A DNA stretch of 64,000 nt from Mobula hypostoma (taxonomy: Eukaryota), in contig NC_086118.1 of NCBI RefSeq assembly GCF_963921235.1, positions 16,866,001 through 16,930,000 on the forward strand, given 5' to 3'. Below the pieces are notes generated by a model that saw only the letters and a program-made list of their open reading frames with translations, was not told the origin of the DNA and searched no databases. Shown piece by piece: positions 1-12,265 of the stretch. Each line of letters opens with the position of its first letter. The stretch's first letter is position 1. Both the position numbers and the translations under genes were made by a program.

Positions 1-204
1 TAGTTACCGTTATCAGCCTGAAATGTTACCCCTGCCTCTGTCTCCACAGATGCTGGATCCATTATTGTCTTCTGTCATACACAAATGAAAAAAAGCTTCA
101 CATACACTAACAACAGGAATTCTGCAGATGCTGGAAATTCAAGCAACATACATCAAAGTTGCTGGTGAACGCAGCAGGCCAAGCAGCATCTCTAGGAAGA
201 GGTA

Positions 205-242
205 CAGTCGACGTTTCAGGCCGAGACCCTTCGTCAGGACTA
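205..242 (-). ncRNA. Minimal type I hammerhead ribozyme motif
   Basis: Reverse complement reads TAGTC-CTGACGA-AGG-GTCTCGG-CCT-GAAA-CG-TC-GACTG: stem I, CUGANGA box, stem II, GAAA box, palindromic ACGU, GUC cleavage triplet. Confidence 0.85.
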
Positions 243-776
243 ACTGAAGGAAGAGTGAGTAAGGGATTTGAAAGTTGGAGGGGGAGGCGGAGATCCAAAA
301 TGATAGGAGGAGACAGGAGGGGGAGGGATAGAGCCGAGAGCAGGACAGGTGATAGGCAAAAGGGGATACGAGAGGATCATGGGACAGGAGGTCCGGGAAG
401 AAAGACAAGGGGGGGGGGTGACCCAGAGGATGGGCAAGAGGTATATTCAGAGGGACAGAGGGAGAAAAAGGAGAGTGAGAGAAAGAATGTGTGCATAAAA
501 ATGAGTAACAGATGGGGTACGAGGGGGAGGTGGGGCCTTAGCGGAAGTTAGAGAAGTCGATGTTCATGCCATCAGGTTGGAGGCTACCCAGACGGAATAT
601 AGGGTGTTGTTCCTCTAACCTGAGTGTGACATCATCTTTACAGTAGAGGAGGCCGTGGATAGACATATCAGAATGGGAATGGGATGTGGAATTAAAATGT
701 GTGGGCACTGGGAGATCCTGCTTTCTCTGGCGGACAGAGCGTACATGTTCAGCAAAGCGGTCTCCCAGTCTGCGTC

Positions 777-1490
777 CCTTCCTCCACTATCAACTCTGCT
801 CTTAAACGCATCTCCCCCATTTCACATACATCTGCTCTCACTCCATCCTCCCATCACCCCACTAGGAATAGGGTTCCCCTGGTCCTCACCTACCACCCCA
901 CCAGCCTCCGGGTCCAACATATTATTCTCCGTAACTTCCGCCACCTCCAACGGGATCCCACCACTAAGCACATCTTTCCCTCCCCCCCTCTCTCTGCATT
1001 CTGCAGGGATCGCTCCCTACACAACTCCCTTGTCCATTCGTCCCCCCCATCCCTCCCCACTGATCTCCCTCCTGGCACTTATCCGTGTAAGCGGAACAAG
1101 TGCTACACATGCCCTTACACTTCCTCCCTTACCACCATTCAGGGCCCCAAACAGTCCTTCCAGGTGAGGCATCACTTCACCTGTGAGTCGACTGGGGTGA
1201 TATACTGCGTCCGGTGCTCCCTATGTGGCCTCTTATATATTGGTGAGACCCGACACAGACTGGGAGACCGCTTTGCTGAACATCTACGCTCTGTCCGCCA
1301 GAGAAAGCAGGATCTCCCAGTGGCCACACATTTTAATTCCACATCCTATTCCCATTCTGACATGTCTATCCACGGCCTCCTCTACTGTAAAGATGAAGCC
1401 ACACTCAGGTTGGAGGAACAACACCTTATATTCCGTCTGGGTAGCCTCCAACCTGATGGCATGAACATCGACTTCTCTAACTTCCGCTAA
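777..1490 (+). CDS. C-terminal part of Penelope ORF: RT thumb/linker, Cys/His zinc motif and GIY-YIG endonuclease (5'-truncated)
   Basis: Within ORF 699..1490: RVPLVLTYHP, CKRNKCYTC, VIYCVRCSLCGLLYIGETRHRL..RFAEH, HF...H, E..LI..LG...PDGMN. Residues upstream of ~777 come from the inverted arm and are not real. Confidence 0.88.
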   Translation, partial: PSSTINSALKRISPISHTSALTPSSHHPTRNRVPLVLTYHPTSLRVQHIILRNFRHLQRDPTTKHIFPSPPLSAFCRDRSLHNSLVHSSPPSLPTDLPPGTYPCKRNKCYTCPYTSSLTTIQGPKQSFQVRHHFTCESTGVIYCVRCSLCGLLYIGETRHRLGDRFAEHLRSVRQRKQDLPVATHFNSTSYSHSDMSIHGLLYCKDEATLRLEEQHLIFRLGSLQPDGMNIDFSNFR

Positions 1491-1784
1491 GGCCCCACCT
1501 CCCCCTCGTACCCCATCTGTTACTCATTTTTATGCACACATTCTTTCTCTCACTCTCCTTTTTCTCCCTCTGTCCCTCTGAATATACCTCTTGCCCATCC
1601 TCTGGGTCACCCCCCCCCTTGTCTTTCTTCACCGTCCTCCTGTCCCATGATCCTCTCGTATCCCCTTTTGCCTATCACCTGTCCAGCTCTCGGCTCTATC
1701 CCTCCCCCTCCTGTCTTCTCCTATCATTTTGGATCTCCCCCTCCCCCTCCAACTTTCAAATCCCTTACTCACTCTTCCTTCAGT

Positions 1785-1822
1785 TAGTCCTGACGAAGGG
1801 TCTCGGCCTGAAACGTCGACTG
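1785..1822 (+). ncRNA. Minimal type I hammerhead ribozyme motif
   Basis: TAGTC(1785-89) CTGACGA(1790-96) AGG-GTCTCGG-CCT(1797-1809) GAAA(1810-13) CG TC(1816-17) GACTG(1818-22). Predicted cleavage after 1817. Confidence 0.87.
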
Positions 1823-2369
1823 TACCTCTTCCTAGAGATGCTGCTTGGCCTGCTGCATTCACCAGCAACTTTGATGTATGTTGCTTCACATACACTGACC
1901 CTTTCAAGCTATTTCATAATACTAAAAACACCAAAAAGTTATCCCTCTACTTTCTCAGCTTTTCAACTTAATAAAATGTGAAAACTATGTCTGAAATAAA
2001 ACACAAGATGCTGGACGCCATTTCACACACAAGGTTTCAGATTGTAATGCTACTTCTGAATGATCCGAACTGAAAGGCAACATAAACTTGGGATCTCTTC
2101 ACCTTCTCTCCAGCTTCTATTTACAGCTAGATATTTCCATTCTAACCATTGCTTTTCCAATCTATTCTGAGTATTTTTGAGTACTGCCTCAGACAAAGTC
2201 TACTGCTTTTGTCGCCTCTTTTCATTTTACATTTTCTCTTCATATTTCTTACAGACTACCTTCCTTTTTCAATGTCTGGCTACTGGAAGATAACCTCAGA
2301 TCTCTACCTCAACACTTCAATCTTCTTTTGCATTCTTGTCACAAAATCAGAATCAGAATAAGGTTTAAT

Positions 2370-3282
2370 AACGCAAACACGAAGAAATCTGCAGATGCTG
2401 CAAATTCAAGCAACACACACAAAATGCTGGTGGAACACAGCAGGCCAGGCAGCATCTATAGGAAGAGGTACAGTTGACATTTTGTGCCGAGACCCTTCGT
2501 CAAGTCTAACTGAAAGAAGAGATAGTAAGAGATTTGAAAGTGGGAGAAGGAGGGGGAGATCTGAAATGATAAGAGGAGACAGGAGGGGGAGGGATGGAGC
2601 CAAGAGCTGGGAAGTTGATTGGCAAAAGGGATACAAGGCTGGAGAAGGGAGAGGATCATGGGATGGGAAGCCTAGGGAGAAAGAAAGGGGGAGGGGGGCC
2701 CATAGGAAGGTGAAGAACAGGCAAGGAGTTATAATGAGAGGGACAGAGGGAGAAAAAAAGAGAGAAAGGAAAAAAAAGGAAAAGGAAAAACATAAATAAG
2801 GGATGGGGTAAGAAGGGGAGGAGGGGCATTAATGGAAGTTAGAGAAGTCAATGTTCATGCCATTAGGTTGGAGGCTACCCAGGCAGAATATAAGGTGTTG
2901 TACCTCCAACCTAAGTGTGGCTTCATCTTGACAGTAGAGGAGGCCGTGGACAGACATATCAGAATCGGAATGGGACGTGGAATTAAAGTGTGTGGCCACT
3001 GGGAGATCTTGCTTTCTCTGGCGGACAGGGCATAGGTGTTCAGTGAAATGGTCTCCCAGCCTGTGTCGGGTCTCACCAATATATAGAAGGCCACATCGTG
3101 AGCATCGGACGCAGTATATCACCCCAGCCGACTCACAGGTGAAGTTGCCTCACCTGCAAGAACTGTCTGGGGCCCTGAATGGTGGTGAGGGAGGAAGTGT
3201 AAGGGCATGTGTAGCACTTGTTCCACTTACACAGATAAGTGCCGGGAGGGAGATCGGTGGGAAGGGATGGGGGGACGAATGG
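2370..3282 (-). mobile_element. Penelope-like element 3' fragment (related subfamily) with GIY-YIG remnant and decayed hammerhead at 2471-2508
   Basis: ORF 2829..3122 (IYCVRCSRCGLLYIGET...) and 3133..3282 match the 777-1490 protein, with a frameshift. The 3' UTR is homologous to 116-550. Confidence 0.88.
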
Positions 3283-3560
3283 CCAATACCAGACAATGAT
3301 GTAGCCAGTTAGAATCCTCTCCACAGCACATCTGTAGAAATTTACGAGTGTGTTTGGTGATACATCAAATCTCCTCAAACTCAAATGAAATATAGCCTCT
3401 GGCTTGCCTTCTTTATAGTTGCAACGATATGTTGTGTCCAGGTTAGGTCCTCAGTAATATTGACACTCAGGAACTTGAAATTGCTCACTCTCTCTATTTC
3501 TGATCCCTCTGTGAGGACTGGTATGTGTTCCCTTGTCTTACTCTTTCTGATGCCCACAGT
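3283..3560 (-). mobile_element. Rex1/Babar-type LINE fragment (its 3' tail is at 2345-2370)
   Basis: Translation LRRFDVSPNTLVNFYRCAVERILTGYIIVWY is typical of the Rex1 RT C-terminus. The (TTCTGA)n-type tail lies on the far side of the Penelope insertion. Confidence 0.75.
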
Positions 3561-3649
3561 GCCAGGCTTAAATTTCTCAGCAAGTCCACAGCTAGCTTCT
3601 CGTATTCTCTAGGTATTCTATCAAAGTCTCTTAAAGTACAGCCCAGAAA

Positions 3650-4100
3650 CAGACCCTTTGGCTCACCATGTCCATTCTAATCTTTTTGTTTATTTATACT
3701 GGAATACTTTAATCCTTCCTCTGGATGGAAAGGTTTAGGTAATTGACTGCTTGGGAGCAATAACCTGAAACTTCCATCTGGAATCCCAATGGGAGTCAAG
3801 TTCAATCATTTTCCCCCCCCACATGTTCAATTCTCTAAACCTGAACATTTGGACTGCCACAATCAGTCTCCCGTCCCTCACATCCCTCTGGAAGAACATT
3901 TATTTGTGAAGTAGGTTCTCGCTATGACTTTAGCTTTTGTGGATGATTGCAATGGCATCAAAGCAAACTTGGCTTAAAGATGACATCTTGCCCCTTCGTG
4001 ACAAATTCCCGTCTTGTCAACCACATGCCCATGCCAAAAATATTTAAACTGTAGGTCTCCCATTTCCAACACCACCACTGCAGCTCTTGATCTCTTTAAT
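3650..4100 (-). mobile_element. Highly decayed CR1-like LINE remnant
   Basis: Degenerate similarity to the CR1 ORF1 esterase and 3' sequences elsewhere in the window. Confidence 0.35.
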
Positions 4101-4886
4101 TCTTTCTCAATCCTGGCTTTGATCCCTAATATGTACTGTAATCTTCACTCTTTTCCAGTCATTCCCTGGTCTGTCTCTCTCTTTATTTGTGACAGTTCAA
4201 AAGGTAGACCTGTCCACATAATCTCTCTGGCTCCCTTGTTTTAAAACAGTATCTAAAAATTTCACTTAGTTTAAGTTTCAGTTTTCTCTCCCAATATTTG
4301 CCACTTAAATTTGGTGTTAATTCTTGTCAGGTTACAGTCTATTGATGTATGTTATATGCTTTCTTCCATAATAAGCCCTATGGCAATCGAAACTGTTGTT
4401 ATAGATCTGTTCTCCACACAGATGCAAAGCCGGCTCCTCAGTACTTTAATATTTTGCTGTTCCACTTTTGTTATTTCTTTCAGGAGATCCAGCAGTCTAA
4501 CATGTACTGGAGCTGACATGCTCACTACCGGCAATGATTAAAGCTGTTAATATGTTTGATGATTAGTGGTGCCCGAAGCAAAAACTGACAGGGGCAATCT
4601 CTTGCAAACTTATGTTCGACAATGCATGTGATTGCAGTGCAGCCTGCCATCAATTCCAATTTTTCACTGCATCCATTTATTGTGGAGACCTATGCCATGT
4701 GACCCTGCCCTCACTGGAGGTGGGAGAAGGGAAGGATGGGGATTGCTGCTGTGGTGGCACAGTGAGACAGATAAGTAGGCAAGGTCTCTGCTGACTATAC
4801 TGTTTGTTTATTGTTACTCTACTGTTAAATTAGTTAACAGCTTTCCCCAACTAAAACAATGTGCACAAATGTGATAAACAGTTTCA

Positions 4887-5869
4887 GGCTGTGTTCACAC
4901 TACGCCAGATAATTTTGAAAACGTTGGTTTCGAGTAAGAACGACAGGGGTACACACTAAGCATTTTTCAAAATATCTCTGTCCACACTAACACGGATATT
5001 TGGGCGAATCTCCTCTACTGGGGACGCGCAGGACACACAGAAAACAAGCGAAGAGGAAACTGTATACTTAGTGCGCGTTTGTCCAGTTACAGAGTAGAAA
5101 AACTTAAAAGGAATTGCTCTTGGCTCTCACGCAGGAGGACTTAAAACTAAAAATAAAACAAATACTGGAGCGTATGGAGGCAACCAACAGGGAGTTCACC
5201 GACAGTATGACTCGGCTGAAGACGAAGATTGAAAAACTGACTAACTCTGTTGCATTAATAAAGCACCTTGTTAAATGTATAAAACATGTCTGCATCAGTG
5301 TTATCTTGTATTTCCATACAATGTTACATTAGGCTGTTACACATCTATTGTCAGAGAAGTACTTGCATAAATAGGTAAACCACCTTCATACAAGCAAGGA
5401 CAGAAAACAGGGCAAAGTGAGTATACTTATTTATTCAGTAAGTTATGGGTCAAAGTATTTGGTGAGTACATTTCTAACTCTTCTGGCTTCAGTCTCGTTG
5501 CTGTCTGTTCTGAAATTGTTAGGTTCTGCGAAGCGCAGAATCAAATACGGCTGTGATGATTGTACGCTCTAGTATCAATTGTTTGGCGACAATAAAGTAG
5601 TAATAATAATAATAATAATAATAAAATAATGAAATGCCATGCTGCCGCCATCTGTTCCGGCACGTCATGACAGCAGTTTTAAAAAGCTCCGGTTATCCCG
5701 TACACACTGCAATGGATATTAGACATTTTCAGATTTATTCACTCTGGAGACCGTTTCTGAAAATCTCCGTTTTCGAGGGATGAAAACGCCGTTTTAGTGT
5801 GGACAGAGGGTCAAAACGAAGAGAAAAAGCTTCGTTTTCAAAATTATCCGGCGTAGTGTGAACGTAGCC
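4887..5869. mobile_element. Non-autonomous PIF/Harbinger-type DNA transposon
   Basis: ~38 bp TIRs: GGCTGTGTTCACACTACGCCAGATAATTTTGAAAACG at the left, CGTTTTCAAAATTATCCGGCGTAGTGTGAACGTAGCC at the right. Right flank TAA, left flank TCA. Subterminal GT(C/A)CACACT repeats. Internal coiled-coil ORF remnant 5114..5332. Confidence 0.8.
5594..5630. repeat. (TAA)n microsatellite
   Basis: AGTAGTAATAATAATAATAATAATAATAAAATAAT. Confidence 0.8.
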
Positions 5870-6075
5870 TAAGACTATATGTACCACAGACTAGGGATTT
5901 TATTCCCATGGGTAATGATTATGTGCCACAAATTAGTGTACTCGTGTGAGTTTATATAAAAAGGTCTTTATGAAGGTTAAACTCTCACTTTAAAGGTCAG
6001 CGTTACTACAAAAAGGTCAAATTTATTATGTTTAGCAGCAAAGTTGAAATTTCAATTGAAAATGCTAACCTATTG

Positions 6076-6997
6076 TAGGTTGAGTCCCTCTTATCTGAAA
6101 TGTTTGAGGGTGGAAGTGTTTCAGATTTCAGGTTTTTTTTGATCTTGGAATATATAATGAAATAGCTTGGGACTTCCATCATTTCTGACTCTGAATTTAC
6201 GTGCTACTGCTAAGCCTTCTTTATCTTACATTTGCTCATCACATGTATGTACTTCAGTAAAAATTATTACATATCAAAAATATAATGAAAATATAATGAG
6301 TGCAGTGTAACAAAAGCAACACAACAGCATTGGGAGAATACCTGAATCAGCTGTTGAACAAAAACTACCAACAGGCTTTCAATCTCTATCTACGATGCAT
6401 ATTTTGATTAAAAGGATACAGTACACTATATTTGTGTTTTACTTTTTATTAAGGTTTTATGAAAGATATCAAATCAATTAATCAATCAGCATTGTAGACA
6501 TGTTCTGGTGTTAGGTTTTCATCAGCGACAATCTTGGCAAACTTACTAATGAATTTCTCTGCGGCTTTGTGATCAGCAGATTCTTTAAAAATTGAATGTT
6601 GTGCCGCTTCTTACATTTCTGCAACCAGCCCGCTGAACTACCTTCCATTTTCAGTTCGTCGAGAGAGATCTTTGCTCATTTCATATCATCATACTGTTAA
6701 GTGGTATATGTTCACTGCAATGCTGATAAATCCACTCTTTCAATACATGTTCAAAATCTTAATTTTTCGCTTTATGCAGTGCTTTTCTATTTCTCATTAA
6801 TTTCTCTTCGTTACATACTGTATGTGAGGTCACCTCTTAAAAATGTCTGTGGTGTGTAGAAATTGGCGTATTACCTGGGAACCTTCCCAGCACCTTGAGG
6901 AATTTTCCATTTATGACATCATGTTAGCACTCAAAAAAAAAGTTGTATTTTGGAGGTTTTTAGAATTTGGATTTTCAGATAAGGGGTACTCAATCTG
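6076..6997 (-). mobile_element. Tigger/pogo (Tigger4/MER46-like) internally deleted DNA transposon
   Basis: TIR-like ends TAGGTTGAGTCCCTCTTATCTGAAA and TTTCAGATAAGGGGTACTCAATCTG. Minus-strand CENP-B HTH remnant (LKEWIYQH...IPL, GWLQKCKKRHNI) at ~6590-6800. Confidence 0.8.
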
Positions 6998-9900
6998 ATT
7001 TAACACTCTCTGGAGTTTGCCTGATACCAGTGCTTGGTCCAGAATTCTGCATGCCTCAGGGAAAACATTCATGAATATGCAGCTTCCTAATTACACTCAA
7101 TATGGCAGGTATTGGGAGCAGTTGTAATTTTTGCTTTCTCACAATGGAACACAATCTCCAATTGGCTCTCGATCTCACAAAGACAGCTGCATAGAAAAGT
7201 TTATTTTAATTAAAAGCCGCATTTATTTACATTGCACATTATAATTTAAGCATTATCTGAATATTCAGCAAATTATTTACTTAAAGGTTCTTTTTGGCAT
7301 TCTTATCATAAACCCAGTGTAACAATCCCACTTGTAGACCAAACAGATCACTGGGTTAGCTGACATATCTGATGGAAAACACCAAATTACCCACCTTTCT
7401 GAATTTGTGTTATTTCATTGTGTGATTTTATTTCAGAGCACTCCAAGTCCCTCCATAGCTTAATAAATCCTGAATAGGTATGTTTGAGCACATTTCAATT
7501 AATCCATTAATTCAACTGAGCAGAAATTCCTTCTATAACTGACTGTGAAAAGAGTTTCCATTCAACTAATCCCATTGCATTGGGTCACAGCAGACTACAC
7601 ATAACTGCAGGATTATGTTCTAAAGGTACAGATGTCAGGAATGTTCAACAGGTTGGATGAGTACACATCTGACCACTTGCTCTGCCCCTCACTTCACCAT
7701 CCAAGTCGAGGAGCATTTGATAAATTGAAAATGTCTGGCCAATGACTTTTAAAGGTTTAGGTAAGATTTTTACGATGTAGTTTTTGTTTCACTCAAATTC
7801 TGAATACATTTTAAAGATAAACATTTTTTAACTCGAAGTTTCACTCATTTTTAAATATATGCACTATTTTGTAAAATGCTTTTTCTTTATCCTCTGTCAT
7901 CACAGTTTTTAAATGCCTCTGAACTGAGATGTCCTGACTACATGAGATTGGCAGTTTAGTTCCTGCTACCCATGACTTAATCCCAATTGCTGGACCTTTG
8001 CCTTGAGCAAGGGCCACCACAGTGATGGTGACGGTGTGATGGGAGTCTTGCAGTCACGGGGCTAACCAGGGTAATGACTTCATGGCACAGGCTGCTATTA
8101 ATACCTTTAAGTCCATTATTTTATAAGTTACACACAGTGAATGGCACATGGCTCTACAAATAATATTTATTGCCTTTCACAAACACAAGATGTCTCAAAA
8201 TGAATTATAAACAATTAATTATTTTGGTAAGTTGTTTTGGCAATGTAGCAAATTGCAACAGCCAACTTGTTTACTATTAGGTCACACAAAGAGCACAAGA
8301 ATTAATGATCACAGCTATCTTTTTCTTTGGTGACAACAAAATGGAAGGAACTATTTTCATTTGATTGTAGGAATTTAAAGTGAGGTCATTGTTATTTGGG
8401 TCAGTCAATTTACACCAAGTCTGAGAAGTTGTATGGACTTGGATGGACAAAGGAAACTTGAGAAGAGATTAGGTAATGGCTAAAACATTAGAAGAACTAG
8501 AATGTTGTTCACTGCATGGTGTCACGGTATCCAGCTGAGAGGGCCAAATGCCTAATCTTAAATATGGTCGTTTAGTCAGTTCTACACTCTCCCTCTGGTA
8601 CATTGACATATAAACCTAAACCATGTGCTTAAATGTTTAAAATGCAGTTTGAAACTACAACTTCAGGTTTATAACAGTATGCGATATCTTTCAGAAAAAA
8701 AACATTTCCTCCAATGATTATGCTTGTAAATAAAAATGTTTCTTGCCTTCCTGAACTGCAGTTTTAAAAATTATAAGCACAATCTCTCAATTTAAATTTC
8801 ACTTTTATGTTGGGATTTATGTTCTATTAACTGAAATAGATCCCAAATGGGTTTTCTATTCCTCCAACAAAATATGCACATCAAAAATAACTTATCTTTT
8901 TAAAATTTCACTCCTACTAGCTGCTAAGCAATTGAAATATAACTTATTCTTGGAGTGGAATAAGACTCCAAAGAGCAATTTTCAGAATACTCAGTTCTAG
9001 ACAATTCCAAATGCAATAGTGGAAGAACTCAAATAATTCAATTATTGTACACAGTATGAATTGAAAATATTTACTGTAGTTTGCTGAACTGAACTTGACC
9101 ACACTGTATGTTTAACAGAACAGACCATGCCAGACTGACTAAAATTTGTTGGGTCTTTCAGGCATAATTAATTACTGTTTGATCAACACAAATTAAACTG
9201 ACGCACTTGAGCAGTTTTCCTGGTGCATTCAGAAACTCCGGATGACATGCTGCCCAGATTAACATGTCTGCTCTCCAATGAACCCAATGAGATTTCAAAC
9301 CACAAAGGATACCTATCCATTGTATCCAATACAGAGAATTTCAAATCTTTTAAGGTAAACACATGTGAGACAGAGCGAAGAATTAAAGCAAAGTCTTAAC
9401 AGTCTGCAGAAGTAATATTTTGCAGCTGCTTCCATTGGAAAGGTCAGAGCCACATTTGTGTGACTACAGTCCTGTACAAAACCTCAGGCCCTAAGTTCAT
9501 TAACACAGATTTAACATAGCAGTGACAGAACTGGGATACCTGCCATTCCATGGCCTGCCTGTCTATCTGTTATCTGCCCTGCAGCACCCCCCCCCACCCC
9601 CCGCAAACATACACACACAAAATCTGCTGGTTAATGTCAGAGCATCAACACTCACCCACTAAGTGCGTGAATTATGGTATATTTGAACAAGCAAATGTCA
9701 TGAATGAATGGTCCTACATCTGTGGCACTTACACAGCTGATACACAAAACCCTCTGTCCTGCTGCCCCCCGAGTAAAACTAAGTTACCCTTTCCTATAAG
9801 ATAGAATGATATTAAATATACCTTGATCATTAATTGACTGTTAAACTACCAAGAAGTACTGAGTTGAATTCTTTTTGAATGGAGCTGTACTTCATCATAA

Positions 9901-10614
9901 ATAAAACAGACCTCTTCAACTGAAAAGGTTTACATAAGACATAGAGCATGGAATAACTGATACATGTCAGGCCCTGCAAAGCAAATCAGTCCTTTCCAGA
10001 GGATCTAGTTATATTCAAAGGTTAACAGCTCATTTGTTTCCAGTTATTATCTCTGAATAAATATTCTTTCCATACATTTTTGGTGTCCGCAAGTCAGATT
10101 TTTCATGTTTACATAAAATTAATTCATGTTCCAAACAGCAATGTAATAAACAATCAGATTACTGATTTTCCGTATTGGTTGAAGGACAGGTTCTGGTTAA
10201 GGCATTGGGAGACTCTCCTGCTCTGTATGTGATATTTTACACCCTTTAGGATCCATTTCAAAGGGAAACACTCCCCAGTGTAACATTTTATATGCTAGTC
10301 ATATTTCTTTTTGTTTAGTCAATGACCTACGGATGGCATAATTTAAAACAAGTGAGGTAACATAAAACGATTCTCTATTAATTAGAACCCCAAACATCCT
10401 AATCTTTCAGTATTTATTCTTCTAGAGCTTGGCAAAGTTAAAACTAACACTAATGCTAAATTGCAGACAAGGGTGCCAGCCACACATCTCAACGTTTGCC
10501 AATGACTTGTCAAATAATACATCAATTTGTCTGTATTTATCAAACAAAGAATGAGCACAAAATAGAGAGTAACTCTGCAATATTTCCTTTATGCTCTCTT
10601 TGGCTCACAACATT

Positions 10615-12265
10615 ATGTTACCACAAGACAGAGAAGCAGAATTCGGTCCATCGTGTCTGCTCCACCATTCCATCATGGCTGATTTATTATCCATCTCAAC
10701 CTCATTCTCCTACCTTCCCCCCAACAACCTCTGATGTACTTACCAATCGAGAATCTATCAACATCTGCTTTAAATATGTGCCATCTGTGGCAATTAATTT
10801 CACTGATTCATCACCCTTTGGCTAAAGAAATTCCTCCTCATCTCTGTTCTAAACGGACACCCCTCTATTCTGAGGCTGTGCCTTCTGGTCCTAGACTTTT
10901 CCACATCCATTCTATCTGGGCTTTTCAATATTCAATAGGTTTCAATGAGAATCACACCTTCCCCCATTCATCTAAGCTTCAGCTACTACAGGTACAGAGC
11001 CATCAAATGCTCCTCATGCATTAACTCTTTCATTCTTGGATCATTCTTGTGGACCGCTTCCTTCCCTCTCCAATGCTAGCACATCCTTTCTTAGATAAGG
11101 AGCCCAAAACTGCTCACCATACTCCAAGTGTGATCTGCCAAAAAATACCTCAGCATTACATCCTTGCTTTTAGATTCCAGTCTTCATGAAATGAATGCTG
11201 ACATTGCATTTGCCTTCCTTAATATTGACTCAACCTGCAAGTTAACCTTTAGGGAACCTAGCATGAGGATTCCCAAATCCTTTTCCACTTCTGATTTCTG
11301 AATTTGTTTCTCGTTTAGAAAATAGTCTGCGTCTATCAAAGTGCATGACCGTACACTTCATTAGATTGTATTCCATCGGCCACTTCCTTGACCATTCTCC
11401 TAATCTGTCCAGGTCCTTCTGTAGCTTACCTGCTTCCTCAGCACAACCTACTCCTCCACCTACCTTTGTATCATCCACAAACTAAGCCACAAAGCCAACA
11501 ATTCCATCATCCAGATTATTGACATAGTGTTGTTCCCAACACCGATTCCTTGGAACACAACTAGCAGTCAATCAGAAAAAGCCTCCTTTATTCCCACTCC
11601 TTGCCTCCTATTAGTAAGCCCACCTTCCATCCACGTTAGAATCTTTCCTGTAATATCTTGTTTAGCAGGCTCATGTGCGGCGCCTGGTCAGAAGCCTTCT
11701 GAAAATCCAAGTACACAAAGTTAAGTGGTTCTCCTTTGTCTATCCTCCCTGCTATTTCCTCAAAGAATTCTAACAGATTTGTTAGGCAAGATTTTCCCTT
11801 AAGGAAACCATGCTGAATTCAGCCTATTTTATCATGTGCCTCCAAGTACCCTGAAACCTCATCTTTAATAATGGACTCCAAAATCTTCCCAACCACTGAA
11901 ATCAGGCTAATTGGTCTATCATTTCTTATCTTTTGCCTCCCTCCCTTCTTAAAGAGTGGAGTGAAATTTACAATTTTCTAGTGCACCAGGATCATTGAAA
12001 GATCACTACTAGTGCCTCAACAATTTCTTCAGCTCCCTCTTTCAGAACCCTGGGGGGTAGTTCATCTGATCCTGGTGACTTATCTACAGGTATCTTCATG
12101 CCATTCAGTTTCCCAAGCACTTTCCCCTTAGAAAGAGCAATTACACTCACTTCTATTTCCTGATACTCTCAAACTTCTGGCATACTTCTGGTGTCCTCCA
12201 CAGTGAAAACAGATCCAAAATACTCACTAAGATTGTTCACCATTTCTTTGTTCCCAGTTGCTACA
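10615..12265 (-). mobile_element. CR1-clade LINE, decayed RT and 3' end
   Basis: ORF 11242..11478 DDTKVGG...LQKDLDRLGEWSRKW.MEYN; CR1-type 3' UTR. Confidence 0.85.

Larger units (their letters stand above)
109..1882. mobile_element. Penelope-like element (PLE), 5'-truncated, inverted (fold-back) configuration
   Basis: 141-776 is a near-perfect reverse complement of 1252-1886. Flanked by the direct repeat GCTTCACATACACT at 95-108 and 1883-1896 (TSD). Encodes a GIY-YIG endonuclease and carries hammerhead motifs in both arms. Confidence 0.92.

Noticed and set aside
107..551. Overlapping 60-130 aa ORFs on both strands (also 1532-1981, 2395-2799, 48224-48418)
   Set aside because: They lie in the purine/pyrimidine-skewed Penelope UTR and recur only because the repeat recurs; no protein motifs.
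2471..2508. Functional hammerhead
   Set aside because: Core boxes are mutated (TTGACGA, AAAA) and stem II is broken; recorded only as a decayed copy.
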